From an uncultured Gammaproteobacteria bacterium (GTDB lineage Bacteria; Pseudomonadota; Gammaproteobacteria; JAJDYQ01), in contig CALODD010000037.1 in assembly GCA_942491945.1 (NCBI GenBank), positions 67,500 to 131,499 of the forward strand: 64,000 nucleotides of DNA. The letters are read 5' to 3'. This document shows, one piece after another, positions 20,878-30,832 of the stretch. The stretch's first letter is position 1, and every line of letters begins with the position of its first letter. A program made the translations under genes and the position numbers. Below the pieces are notes generated by a model. The model saw only the letters and a program-made list of their open reading frames with translations. It ran no database searches and was not told the DNA's origin.

Positions 20878-22164
20878 CTACCTTGCAAGCGGCCGCGAAG
20901 TCGCATGAAACGTATCTGCACGATCAGATTGTGTCAGGGCACCTCTCATCAAGGTCGCGCCGATAATATCAGCCCCCGTTGATCCAATAAATGAAGCATC
21001 GACGACACCACCATCTACCGAATTTCCAAAATTCTGCACAATCGTACCTGTCAACACAGATCCACTGAACGTACCGCCCGCATCAAAGTTAGGCCCAGTA
21101 CCACCTGTCCATGAGCCCGTCCAGGTTTTATTCGTAAAATTCACTGTCATCCCAATGTTTTTAGTGCCTTTATGAGAACGCCCAATAAAGTTGACCGCAC
21201 CCAGATTTGACATCCCGTTAATGGTGGCAGCAGCAGTCGGACGGCCGGCAACAAAACTACCGTTTAATCTACCAGCCCCCTCAGCACCGTTCGCACCTGG
21301 AACAACTCGGTCGATAAATAAGAAGTTTAGGCGACCTTCCAGACCATCCGGCTCACCGTGACCCGTCGTAAAAGTACTCGGCGCATTAAACCCGAACCAA
21401 CCGGGTGCTTCATTAAGCGCTCCACCATACGTAAAAAAGTTAGTTCCACCCATACCGCCACCAGCAGTTATTTGACCACCAGTAGCTACCCCACCGATTT
21501 TAATTGGGGCCGGAGCAGCAGCACCTTTCATCGATAAATGGATACTCTGTTGAGCATTATTTGTAATTTTCTGCCATGGAGCCACTGGAACCGCAGGTAC
21601 TGGATTTATTGCGTCAACCGTTAGCGCACCGCCGCCCAAATTCGAAAAATTTGTTATTGAATAACTCATTGTCGTTACCACGTCTTTAGTGGTATTCACT
21701 GGAACCGTCGTCGGATCAGCATCACTGAGCTTAATAGCCAATCGACCAATTCCACCGACTTGTGGTTTATCGAGAGCACTGTGATTTAAACCACCGGTTG
21801 TAATATCACTAATACGACCTTCAGCCGCTACAAAACCACGGAAGTCACCTTTTGCAAGACGTGTTGTACTGCCTGTATTTGTAGTTCCGGGTCTAAAGTT
21901 TTGCTTCGGGTTATTCGCAACGCCGCTCTGACCTCCGGGACCTTTGCCGTTATTATCACCATTACTGCCGTCATTCTTAACGACAACCAGGCGTCCAGCA
22001 GCCGTCCTGTGAACAACGACGGGCTTAGTACTCGTACCAGCGCCGGCTAACCACGGACCCCAGTCGGTTACATCATCTGCAATCGCTGCTGGTGCAGCTA
22101 CAGCCATTGCTATGGAACAACTTAGTGTTGTTTTACGTCCATTCATGTTTTTCATGTTTACCAT
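20878..22164 (-). CDS. Gly/Thr-rich secreted beta-rich protein. Candidate surface-exposed cargo of the adjacent Slam-like OMP.
   Basis: Signal peptide with an AIA-DD cleavage site. No canonical lipobox. The C-terminal region has G/T-rich, amphipathic beta-barrel-like repeats (GTFSGSVLTGTIVQNFG...). Confidence 0.4.
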   Translation of the reverse strand: MVNMKNMNGRKTTLSCSIAMAVAAPAAIADDVTDWGPWLAGAGTSTKPVVVHRTAAGRLVVVKNDGSNGDNNGKGPGGQSGVANNPKQNFRPGTTNTGSTTRLAKGDFRGFVAAEGRISDITTGGLNHSALDKPQVGGIGRLAIKLSDADPTTVPVNTTKDVVTTMSYSITNFSNLGGGALTVDAINPVPAVPVAPWQKITNNAQQSIHLSMKGAAAPAPIKIGGVATGGQITAGGGMGGTNFFTYGGALNEAPGWFGFNAPSTFTTGHGEPDGLEGRLNFLFIDRVVPGANGAEGAGRLNGSFVAGRPTAAATINGMSNLGAVNFIGRSHKGTKNIGMTVNFTNKTWTGSWTGGTGPNFDAGGTFSGSVLTGTIVQNFGNSVDGGVVDASFIGSTGADIIGATLMRGALTQSDRADTFHATSRPLAR

Positions 22165-22236
22165 CCTGCCATCCAGAGATGACTTTAATCCGTTTCTGAA
22201 TTAAATAATTCTAGTTCAGTTTGTAATAACTGCTGT

Positions 22237-23505
22237 TTAGTTCCACTGTTTACCGATACTAATACCGGCCTGCTGGCGATCGTAGGAATAACCAATGGTA
22301 TTGCTATTGTTGTCGGTATCACTGAAATAGCCGCTGACAATCCAGTTCTTCAGACGCCCACTTTGAAAAGTATGATTCACACCCAGTGAAGTAGAACGAT
22401 AGGATTCATCACGATCATCAACCGACAGCAATGCGCTTATAGTGTCTTTGTATTTGGTGTCTTTATCTGTATAACGCAGCGATACAGTACCGCCCTTCCA
22501 GGCGTTCCAGCTACCTCCAACAAAGTATTCTTCACCTCGACTAGAGTAAGCATCAACCTTGGCGCTTTCATCAAAACTGGTTACTCCAGCAGATAGCGTG
22601 ACTTTATCGTTGATCTGATAGGCAACAGCCGCACTGATGGCTTTATAGGTACTATCGCGTCCCAAATTATCGTTTGTCTGGTCAGTGTAGTCGCGATCCT
22701 GAACCTCTGCAGATAGACTAATTTCGGCTTTTTTGTATTGCCAGGACACACCTGGAGCAATCGAAACATAGTTCGCTAAATTGGTATTCCCGAGACGAAT
22801 ATGATCAGCCTGCAGACTGATGGAACCACGTAGTTCATTTGCGATAACAAATGCTGGGCCGGTACGCACTGTCAGCACATCAAGATCGAAATCATTTTCA
22901 GAATCGTAGTCATCGCGGAAAAAAGCTAAATCTGTCAGCCACATCCAGGCAACGTCTTTGCCGCGCAGTTTGGTCGTTTTGTCAAACAAGTAACGATGGG
23001 TAGCTGACGCGTTGTAATTCGTACCTTCGTCCGACTGAGGATTACTCGTCGCTGGCAATGTCACGCCACCAATTGTTCCAGCACCGGCACCGACATTGAC
23101 GTTGTCATCGCTAGTACGGCCGACGAAGATTGAACCTGACCATTTATGCTTCTTACTCTCGTCTTGCAGACGTTGCATGAATTCACGAATCGTGACTTTC
23201 ACACCCTCAGGTGTTTTTGGATCATTCAGAACTTCTTCTGCCATGCCGCGCGCTTCCTGGAAATTCAGGGTATAAAAACGAGTCAGAGCAAGTTCCAGAC
23301 GAGCACGCGCAAGTGACGGCTCCTTATTAACAATTTGCTGAAGCAGGCCTACCGCGTCATGATAGTTACCCTGCTCACGTTGCTGCAGTGCTTCATCGAA
23401 CGCTTTCTGGATATCTTCAGAGACTGCATACGCAGGCGCTGCGACAGCTAGCGATAACACTAAGGCCGTCGATAAAGAAACCAATTGTTGTTTTAGTGAG
23501 CGCAT
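22237..23505 (-). CDS. TPR-domain plus C-terminal beta-barrel outer-membrane protein (Slam/DUF560-like)
   Basis: Signal peptide (..AAPAYA). ~100-aa TPR-like helical domain. C-terminal region of alternating amphipathic beta strands ending in W-rich residues. GGGGGAGTAATG RBS/start at 23505. Confidence 0.45.
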   Translation of the reverse strand: MRSLKQQLVSLSTALVLSLAVAAPAYAVSEDIQKAFDEALQQREQGNYHDAVGLLQQIVNKEPSLARARLELALTRFYTLNFQEARGMAEEVLNDPKTPEGVKVTIREFMQRLQDESKKHKWSGSIFVGRTSDDNVNVGAGAGTIGGVTLPATSNPQSDEGTNYNASATHRYLFDKTTKLRGKDVAWMWLTDLAFFRDDYDSENDFDLDVLTVRTGPAFVIANELRGSISLQADHIRLGNTNLANYVSIAPGVSWQYKKAEISLSAEVQDRDYTDQTNDNLGRDSTYKAISAAVAYQINDKVTLSAGVTSFDESAKVDAYSSRGEEYFVGGSWNAWKGGTVSLRYTDKDTKYKDTISALLSVDDRDESYRSTSLGVNHTFQSGRLKNWIVSGYFSDTDNNSNTIGYSYDRQQAGISIGKQWN

Positions 23506-23687
23506 TACTCCCCCCAGAGATGATAAAAGTGCGCTAGTCGCATAATGTATTGCATACGGACTACCATTAAATAGATAGCAATAATTCACAATATGATAAA
23601 TGTACTACCAATCCAGATATAATAGGGTAATAGCCTACATATTTAAATAGAAGATTTCAAAAGTCTACACACTAATTAACCGGATAA

Positions 23688-24356
23688 ATGTTACTTAAAA
23701 TTAACCATCACAAGCTCAGAGAGCCGTTGTCACTTCGTCAGGGCTCCAGCGATGAACACAACTATCAACAGATTTTTGTCGACGATGAATACTGTATTGA
23801 GACGAAGATTGCCCCAAAAACCATAGTAGATCTTGGGGCGAATATCGGTTTGTCAGCGATCTGGTTTGCTTCGCACTACCCAGACAGCCTTATTATTGCA
23901 ATTGAACCAGAACGGTCGAATTACCAATTACTAGCGGAGAACGCCTCTGTCTACGAAAATATTCGGACACTGCGTGCCGCAGTCTGGTTTGAAGAGACTG
24001 AGCTTCATCTTACAGATCCGGGAAAGGGCCACTGGGGGTTTCAAACTCAAGAACAAGACTCCCCTAATGCATTCGATCGCATCAGCACCGTAACTGTCCG
24101 ATCAATTATGAAAAACCACAATATCAATCACATCGATATTCTAAAAATCGATATTGAAGGCGCTGAAGTCGAATTACTTTCAGATAATTCCCAATGGATC
24201 TCTCAGGTGAATATGATCATCATTGAACTGCATGATCGTTTTCGCGAGGGGTGCCAGGAAGCCCTGCATAACATTGCACACCATTTTGATCAGCAATGGC
24301 AACAGGGCGAAAATATCGTACTGGCGAAATCTTCGTTTATTAACAGGGCGGCCTAA
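23688..24356 (+). CDS. FkbM-family SAM-dependent methyltransferase
   Basis: VDLGANIGLSAIWFA, typical FkbM motif I. Confidence 0.65.
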   Translation: MLLKINHHKLREPLSLRQGSSDEHNYQQIFVDDEYCIETKIAPKTIVDLGANIGLSAIWFASHYPDSLIIAIEPERSNYQLLAENASVYENIRTLRAAVWFEETELHLTDPGKGHWGFQTQEQDSPNAFDRISTVTVRSIMKNHNINHIDILKIDIEGAEVELLSDNSQWISQVNMIIIELHDRFREGCQEALHNIAHHFDQQWQQGENIVLAKSSFINRAA

Positions 24357-25735
24357 TCCAGCTCACTCATGAAATCTTCGTATTTACCAGATGCTGACCT
24401 GGGAATATCATCGACGTAGCGATAGTTGATTTTGAATGGATAACCCAGGCTCTCTTGCAAGACGTCATCCATTTTTCGAGTCTGCTCATAATCCAGAGAT
24501 TCTGACAACACCAGCTGCAATTCCAGTGTATCCAATGTTTTCTGGATTAATCGGTACTGACGAATATCTGCTATCGCATTGAACCGTCCATCCTCCATCA
24601 TCGGCCAGAAATAAGCACCATCGGGGCGTCGTAACATATTTCGTGCACGACCATAGACGCGGTTCAGCACAGGCAGGGTTCGCCCGCAACTACAGGCATT
24701 ACCCAGTTCTGCGTAATCCCCCACTTCGTATCGAATTAAGGGCGTTGCGAAACTGTGCAAAGAGGTTATGACCACTCGGCCTGTTTGTCCTGGTAAACAA
24801 GGTTCATCATTCTCATCGAGAATTTCGATGTAATTGGCTTCGGCTAGCTGATGATAATGGTCCTGTTCGGGGCACTGCAAAGCCAAATGACCCGTCTCTT
24901 GTGCTGAATAAACATCTTGCAGTTCCGCGCCAAGCACTTCTTCGCACAGTTGCCGCAAACCATCAGGCAACTGTTCTGCCATGGTCACAACGACCTTTAT
25001 CGACAGTGATTCATCACGAGACTGCAGAATACGACAAATTGCCCGTAGGTTGCTCGGGTAGGTCAACAAGTATTGCGGTCGCTCTTTCAATAACCAGTCG
25101 ACCTGCTCGCCAACGTCATCAATCACGTTTTTAACAGCACACTCGCCACTCTTAAACGCCATTGCTGTCGCTGAACCCCAGTCATCCAGGATGTACTCAG
25201 TCGATGCCTCGTGCGTATTCCCCAGGAAACGGATAACTGCAACTTTGTCACCTACTTCCCGCTGATGCCAGATATCGTCACGCATACTCTGCGCCATCCA
25301 CATCAACTGATTAACTTCCGTTCGATACACCGTAATCGATTTACCCGTTGAGCCCGAGGTACTGACTGAACTAATACCGCCATGCTCTTCAGGAGTGCGG
25401 TTGCAGCTAATCTCTGATAGGTTCTGCTGCAACTCGGTACGCGTGAGTATCGGTAACCTGCACAGGAAATCCGCATCAATCTTCATCCCCTGCCGATAAT
25501 TAACCTGATCTAGTCGTTCTCGATACCAGAGACTGTGCTTCCAGGCATGTTCAAAGAGCAATCCCAGCTGACGAAACTGCAGCCACTGAATTTCCTCCAG
25601 CGGCATTCGCTCCGATTGCTGCAGCTGGCGTTGCATAGCGAGTAATGTCGCATTCTCTGATGTAGGGACACCGGGCCAGACGATATTGGGAATTGCGGTC
25701 TTCACTTGCATCGCACTAGTGTGCCGGAACGACAT
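24353..25735 (-). CDS. PaaK/CapK/F390-synthetase-like adenylate-forming enzyme (paralog 3)
   Basis: TSGSTGKSI P-loop and C-terminal GKYEDFMSEL. Confidence 0.65.
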   Translation of the reverse strand: MSFRHTSAMQVKTAIPNIVWPGVPTSENATLLAMQRQLQQSERMPLEEIQWLQFRQLGLLFEHAWKHSLWYRERLDQVNYRQGMKIDADFLCRLPILTRTELQQNLSEISCNRTPEEHGGISSVSTSGSTGKSITVYRTEVNQLMWMAQSMRDDIWHQREVGDKVAVIRFLGNTHEASTEYILDDWGSATAMAFKSGECAVKNVIDDVGEQVDWLLKERPQYLLTYPSNLRAICRILQSRDESLSIKVVVTMAEQLPDGLRQLCEEVLGAELQDVYSAQETGHLALQCPEQDHYHQLAEANYIEILDENDEPCLPGQTGRVVITSLHSFATPLIRYEVGDYAELGNACSCGRTLPVLNRVYGRARNMLRRPDGAYFWPMMEDGRFNAIADIRQYRLIQKTLDTLELQLVLSESLDYEQTRKMDDVLQESLGYPFKINYRYVDDIPRSASGKYEDFMSELD

Positions 25736-25778
25736 TTATTAAGCTATGATTCGCCCGTCATAAATCGATTAGACCATC

Positions 25779-25979
25779 ATGAACATTACTTTAAACGGCG
25801 ACACACATCCGCTTGACGAGCAAGCCACGGTTCAAACTTTGATTGAACAGCAGGGTCTGATCGGCAAACGCATTGCTGTCGAAGTTAATCAGGAAATCGT
25901 GCCGCGCAGTTTGCATGAGGAGCACCAGCTGCAGGACGGGGATCAGGTAGAAATCGTTCACGCCATCGGTGGTGGCTAA
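25779..25979 (+). CDS. thiS: Sulfur-carrier protein ThiS
   Basis: 66 aa ending in GG, upstream of thiG. Confidence 0.8.
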   Translation: MNITLNGDTHPLDEQATVQTLIEQQGLIGKRIAVEVNQEIVPRSLHEEHQLQDGDQVEIVHAIGGG

Positions 25980-26084
25980 GAACATTTGAATACCGCGCAC
26001 ATTGGGAATCTGGCTCAAGTACGATAGACTTCCACACCTCGTCAGGACGACGATTTTCTTACACTCTCAACACGTGTTTATAAA

Positions 26085-26867
26085 ATGACGACAGATATTC
26101 TTAAAGTCGGTGAACGGGAATTCACCTCACGCCTGCTGGTTGGCACAGGCAAATATAAAGATATGGAAGAAACCCGTCTGGCGATTGAAGCCAGTGGTGC
26201 TGAAATTGTGACGGTGGCAATTCGCCGCAGCAATATCGGCCAGAATCCGGATGAACCCAATCTGCTGGAAGTCATACCACCTGAGAAGTACACCATACTG
26301 CCCAATACCGCGGGCTGCTATACGGTTGAAGATACCGTGCGCACCTGTCGTCTGGCGCGTGAACTACTCGATGGGCACGACCTCGTAAAACTGGAAGTCC
26401 TGGGTGATGAAAAAACCCTGTTTCCAGATATCACCGCTACTCTGGAAGCCACTGAAATTCTGGTCAAAGATGGTTTTAAAATCATGGTCTATACCAATGA
26501 TGACCCCATCATTGCCAAACGTCTGGAAGAAATGGGTTGTGTCGCTGTGATGCCTCTGGCTGCTCCAATTGGCTCTGGCCTCGGCATTCGTAATCCTTAC
26601 AACATTCTGGAAATCGTCGAAAACGCCAACGTGCCAATTATCGTTGATGCCGGTGTCGGTACAGCTTCTGATGCGGCGGTTGCTATGGAACTGGGTTGTG
26701 ACGGCGTGCTGATGAATACTGCTATTGCTGCCGCTCAGGATCCAGTTCTGATGGCTTCTGCAATGAAGAAAGGTATTGAGGCCGGACGTGAAGCTTTCAA
26801 AGCGGGTCGCATGCCACGCAAACGCTATGCGTCGGCATCGTCTCCAATCGACGGCACATTCTTCTAA
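26085..26867 (+). CDS. thiG: Thiazole synthase ThiG
   Basis: Strong similarity to ThiG, with LLVGTGKY and a conserved Lys region. Confidence 0.9.
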   Translation: MTTDILKVGEREFTSRLLVGTGKYKDMEETRLAIEASGAEIVTVAIRRSNIGQNPDEPNLLEVIPPEKYTILPNTAGCYTVEDTVRTCRLARELLDGHDLVKLEVLGDEKTLFPDITATLEATEILVKDGFKIMVYTNDDPIIAKRLEEMGCVAVMPLAAPIGSGLGIRNPYNILEIVENANVPIIVDAGVGTASDAAVAMELGCDGVLMNTAIAAAQDPVLMASAMKKGIEAGREAFKAGRMPRKRYASASSPIDGTFF

Positions 26868-26912
26868 ACCATTTGCTGAGATAACTTCAGCAAACGGTTT
26901 AAATATTCAATC

Positions 26913-27593
26913 ATGGAAGAAAACTCCCGGGCGCATCATCGCCCTATCCGTAGTTTTGTTAAACGCGAAGGACGGCTAACTCCAGGTCAGGAACGCGCGC
27001 TTAAGGAACTGCTGCCTAAATATCAGCTACCAGATAGCAAGAATACTCTGGATCTGGCCACAGTCTTTGGTAATGACAACCCCGTGATCATGGAAATTGG
27101 TTTTGGCAATGGCAAGCTACTGGCACAACAGGCTCAAGATCACCCGGATTACAATTTCATCGGCCTGGAGGTGCATCGGCCCGGTGTTGGACATCTGCTG
27201 CAAAAGCTCGAACAGAACAATTCTGAGAACGTCCGCATTGCCAATGAGGATGCTATTGAAGTCCTGACGCAGTTAATCCCTGAACATAGCCTCTATGCTC
27301 TGTGGTTGTTCTTCCCTGACCCATGGCCAAAGAAAAAACATCATAAACGTCGTATCGTTAACCCACGTTTTCTCAAGCTGGTACATCAGCGATTAATCGA
27401 TACTGGCATGCTGCATATGGCAACAGATTGGCAAGACTATGCCGAACATATGCAATTAGAAGTGGATGCATCCAATCTATATCGCGAAGCAGATATATCC
27501 TCTTATCCTTTTCAACGACCACAAACCCATTTTGAACAACGAGGTCTTCGTAAAGGCCACAAAATTAAAGACCTGTTTTATCAGAAAAAATAA
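26913..27593 (+). CDS. trmB: tRNA (guanine-N7)-methyltransferase TrmB
   Basis: EIGFGNG SAM motif. FPDPWPKKKHHKRR is typical of TrmB. Confidence 0.85.
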   Translation: MEENSRAHHRPIRSFVKREGRLTPGQERALKELLPKYQLPDSKNTLDLATVFGNDNPVIMEIGFGNGKLLAQQAQDHPDYNFIGLEVHRPGVGHLLQKLEQNNSENVRIANEDAIEVLTQLIPEHSLYALWLFFPDPWPKKKHHKRRIVNPRFLKLVHQRLIDTGMLHMATDWQDYAEHMQLEVDASNLYREADISSYPFQRPQTHFEQRGLRKGHKIKDLFYQKK

Positions 27594-27683
27594 GGTCAAA
27601 GATTGTTACTCGATATTGGTACAACCGAATTGCTGGTATATTAACCAGTTGAATATGAAGACATAGCTAAATACGATTTTTTC

Positions 27684-30197
27684 ATGGCAATTTTGGGATC
27701 ATTCAGTCTTGGCGGCGCGCTAGACAAAATACTGACCACAGGCGATATTGAAGCGCCTGCAGTTCAGTCCGCGCTGAAGAAACTGACTGATAACCCCAAG
27801 GCCGCGATGGAGAAAGTGCTCAATGTAATCGCTTCCGGTCCGAGACTGCATCACTCAACAGCGTATAAGCTGGTTAGCCGCTTACTGGACAACACAACGG
27901 TTGGCATGGTGATGCAGGCATTACCCTCCTTTCCCGATGACGCTCAGGCACAAATTGCTACAACTCTAAATACCAGCAATCAATATGACCCACATTTGTT
28001 ACTACCGTATTTGCGCACACCACTAAATACCTCACTCTGTAAAGATATGCTCACAGCGCATCGCCGAGATTTTAAAGCTGCAAAATTACTCTCCGCAGTC
28101 ATCAAAATTGACCCGGATTTACAGGACAATGTATTCGAACTCATTCATGCCAATGTCGATGAAACAGCGCTTGCTGAAGCGATCGCCCTGAGTCATAGCA
28201 AAGACGACAATATTCGAACACAGGTCACCAGCATCATCGCCGAGTTTGACAATCCGGCGGCCCAGGAAGCACTGATGACCCTGTTGAATGACAACAGTCA
28301 AAAGGTTCGTCTTAATGCCCTGCGAGGTCTTGTCAAAATACGTGCTGATCTAGCAACAGGTGATTTATTCCGTTTGATGTCAAAAGCAAAGAAAGAAGAA
28401 TCGCCTTTAGTAAAGGCATTAATTAGCTGCTCCACCGACCCTAAGCTACTAGAAAACTTCATCGAGGCACTATTCGCACCGAAAGGCAAAATGAAGCCAC
28501 TTGCCATCGCTGGCCTGTCTGAATTAATGAATAAAGACGTGCTATATGAAATTTTTTACGAATTGCATGATAAGCCAGAAGCCACGCAGGATTCTATGAT
28601 CCGTTCACTACAGGATGCAGGTGGCGAAAAGTTTCTGACGGCCGCCAATGAATTACTCAGTCACTACGACGAAGATATACGACGACTGGCGGCGAATGCA
28701 TTCCATGAACAGGATACCGGTGAAGAAACTGTGATTGAAGGTATGTTGAATGGCCTAGCCGTCGACATACCTAACAATTTAAAGCTGGAATACATTGAAA
28801 AACTCGGACACGCTGGTGTCACTAGCGCAGTCGATCCACTCATTAAAATTTTAGGCAGCGAAGACACCGAACTATTCGCGCCTTCGCTAGATGCACTGGC
28901 AAGTATTGGCGACCCAAAAGCACTGGCTGCGGCTTTTGAAGCTCTGAACGCCAAAGACATTGAAATCCAGACAAGTGCGCTGAAGTGTCTAAATGCCATT
29001 ACACCAGACAAGTTTGCTGAACGCTTACGTGACCAGTTATTAGAGCTATCCAACCATGTCCATGAAGATGTCATAGAGGAACTAGTCAATACGGTTGAAA
29101 CACTGACTGACAAGCACAACCTTCGCACCACAACGCATTACAAACGCACGATTGAGTCGCTTAAAAAATCCGATAACGATGAATTTGGATTTGCGCCCGA
29201 AGCTTCGTCAGCGAATAGCATGTTTGCTCCTGAAGAAGAATCGAGTTCGTCTTACTCCATGTTCGGTAAGGATGAAGCTGATAATGGCGTCTTTGGCGTG
29301 GTCGATGAAACCGATAGCGGATCTGGAGATGAATCAGCTGAGCCAGCAGAAGAACCTGTCTTTGCGGTCAATCTCGAAGAAGGGCTAGTACTGAATGACC
29401 GCTATGAGTTGATCCGAGAAATTGGCCGTGGTGGTTATGGTTCCGTCTGGCTAATAAAAGACAACTTCATCCAGGAAGAAATGGTGATGAAGTTTCTTCA
29501 TCAACAGCTGGTATCAGACGATATTGCTATTGAACGTTTTATTCGCGAGCTACGACTGGCACGAAAGATTACTCACAAGAACATTATTCGTTTGTTCGAC
29601 TATCTCGATCTAGGCAAGGTCACTGCGATCTCCATGGAATACTTCGAGGGCGCAGCACTCTCCAGCCTCATCAAAGACGGGCCGATAGAAATTAATGCGA
29701 TTGCCAAGATTGCATCCATCACCTGCGATGCCCTGCATTCGGCGCATGAAGCCGGCGTTATTCACCGCGATATGAAACCGGCAAACATTCTGGTCGACAC
29801 TAACCATGAAATAAAAATTGTCGACTTCGGCATTGCAGCGGCCAGCAAACATGCAGAATCCAGACTAACCCGTACCGGTACTCTCATTGGTACGCCGACC
29901 TATATTTCACCCGAGCAAATTCAGGGTAAAGCGGTTGATGCCAGAACGGACATCTATAGTCTGGGCATCATCATGTACGAAATGTTATCCGGCTCACCGC
30001 CATATCTGGCTGATGACCCGATGGCACTAATTTTCATGCATGTTGAAGGCAGTGCACGACGAATTGATGACGTCAATCCGCTGGTTCCAAAGGAATTCGC
30101 TGATATCGTTCATAAGTGCATATTGCCTGATCCTGATGAACGCTTTCAGAGCATGCTAGAACTACGCGAAGCAATTTCTCAAACAGGTTTAGCCTGA
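27684..30197 (+). CDS. HEAT/PBS-lyase-repeat protein fused to C-terminal Hanks-type Ser/Thr kinase
   Basis: N-terminal ~530 aa of HEAT-like repeats. Kinase motifs GRGGYGSVW, HRDMKPANIL, DFGIA and GTPTYISPE. Confidence 0.8.
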   Translation: MAILGSFSLGGALDKILTTGDIEAPAVQSALKKLTDNPKAAMEKVLNVIASGPRLHHSTAYKLVSRLLDNTTVGMVMQALPSFPDDAQAQIATTLNTSNQYDPHLLLPYLRTPLNTSLCKDMLTAHRRDFKAAKLLSAVIKIDPDLQDNVFELIHANVDETALAEAIALSHSKDDNIRTQVTSIIAEFDNPAAQEALMTLLNDNSQKVRLNALRGLVKIRADLATGDLFRLMSKAKKEESPLVKALISCSTDPKLLENFIEALFAPKGKMKPLAIAGLSELMNKDVLYEIFYELHDKPEATQDSMIRSLQDAGGEKFLTAANELLSHYDEDIRRLAANAFHEQDTGEETVIEGMLNGLAVDIPNNLKLEYIEKLGHAGVTSAVDPLIKILGSEDTELFAPSLDALASIGDPKALAAAFEALNAKDIEIQTSALKCLNAITPDKFAERLRDQLLELSNHVHEDVIEELVNTVETLTDKHNLRTTTHYKRTIESLKKSDNDEFGFAPEASSANSMFAPEEESSSSYSMFGKDEADNGVFGVVDETDSGSGDESAEPAEEPVFAVNLEEGLVLNDRYELIREIGRGGYGSVWLIKDNFIQEEMVMKFLHQQLVSDDIAIERFIRELRLARKITHKNIIRLFDYLDLGKVTAISMEYFEGAALSSLIKDGPIEINAIAKIASITCDALHSAHEAGVIHRDMKPANILVDTNHEIKIVDFGIAAASKHAESRLTRTGTLIGTPTYISPEQIQGKAVDARTDIYSLGIIMYEMLSGSPPYLADDPMALIFMHVEGSARRIDDVNPLVPKEFADIVHKCILPDPDERFQSMLELREAISQTGLA

Positions 30198-30223
30198 ATA
30201 ATCGCATCTCCAGGTAACAGGCT

Positions 30224-30832
30224 TTGCTAGATATCCAGAATCTTAAGACCTGTTGCCACGATAACATCTGTCTTACTGTTACTTTAGGTGAATCCATTAG
30301 CATTGGCGGGCCATCCGGCTGTGGAAAGAGCGTTTTCCTTAGAGCAGTGAGTGATCTCGACCCACACGAAGGTAGCATCACTCTCGACAATCAGAACCAG
30401 CAGGACACACCAGCTCCACAATGGCGTAAGCAAGTGGGCTTCCTACCGGCAGAATATTTCTTCTGGACTGAAACTGTCACAACCTGCTTCGATGACACAC
30501 AGCAACCCGGCTGGCTGTCTTCATCCATGCTGGAACTTGGATTGAATACTTCAATTTTAGCGCGTCCGGTAAACCAGCTTTCAGCTGGAGAAAAACAGCG
30601 TATGGCCTTTCTGCGCTTACTGATGAATCAACCACGCTGCCTGTTACTTGATGAGTCATGTTCACATCTCGATGACGAAACAACGTTAGCCGTTGAAAAA
30701 ATCATTCTGAATTACCAACAGCAATCTAACGCTATGGTCATATGGGTAAGTCATGACAAGCAACAACGGCAACGAGTTGCTTCACGTCACTTAATGCTGA
30801 CAGATACCGGGCTGGTAGAGGCATCGTCATGA
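30224..30832 (+). CDS. ABC transporter ATP-binding protein (FetA/YbbL-like), TTG start
   Basis: Walker A GPSGCGKS, signature LSAGEKQR and Walker B LLLDE. Confidence 0.7.
   Translation: MLDIQNLKTCCHDNICLTVTLGESISIGGPSGCGKSVFLRAVSDLDPHEGSITLDNQNQQDTPAPQWRKQVGFLPAEYFFWTETVTTCFDDTQQPGWLSSSMLELGLNTSILARPVNQLSAGEKQRMAFLRLLMNQPRCLLLDESCSHLDDETTLAVEKIILNYQQQSNAMVIWVSHDKQQRQRVASRHLMLTDTGLVEASS

Noticed and set aside
20878-22164. Lipoprotein call for the putative Slam cargo (TLSC)
   Set aside because: The T-L-S-C context does not fit the lipobox consensus. The hydrophobic core continues beyond the Cys, and AIA-DD is a better SPase I site. The protein is kept as secreted with lipidation unsupported.
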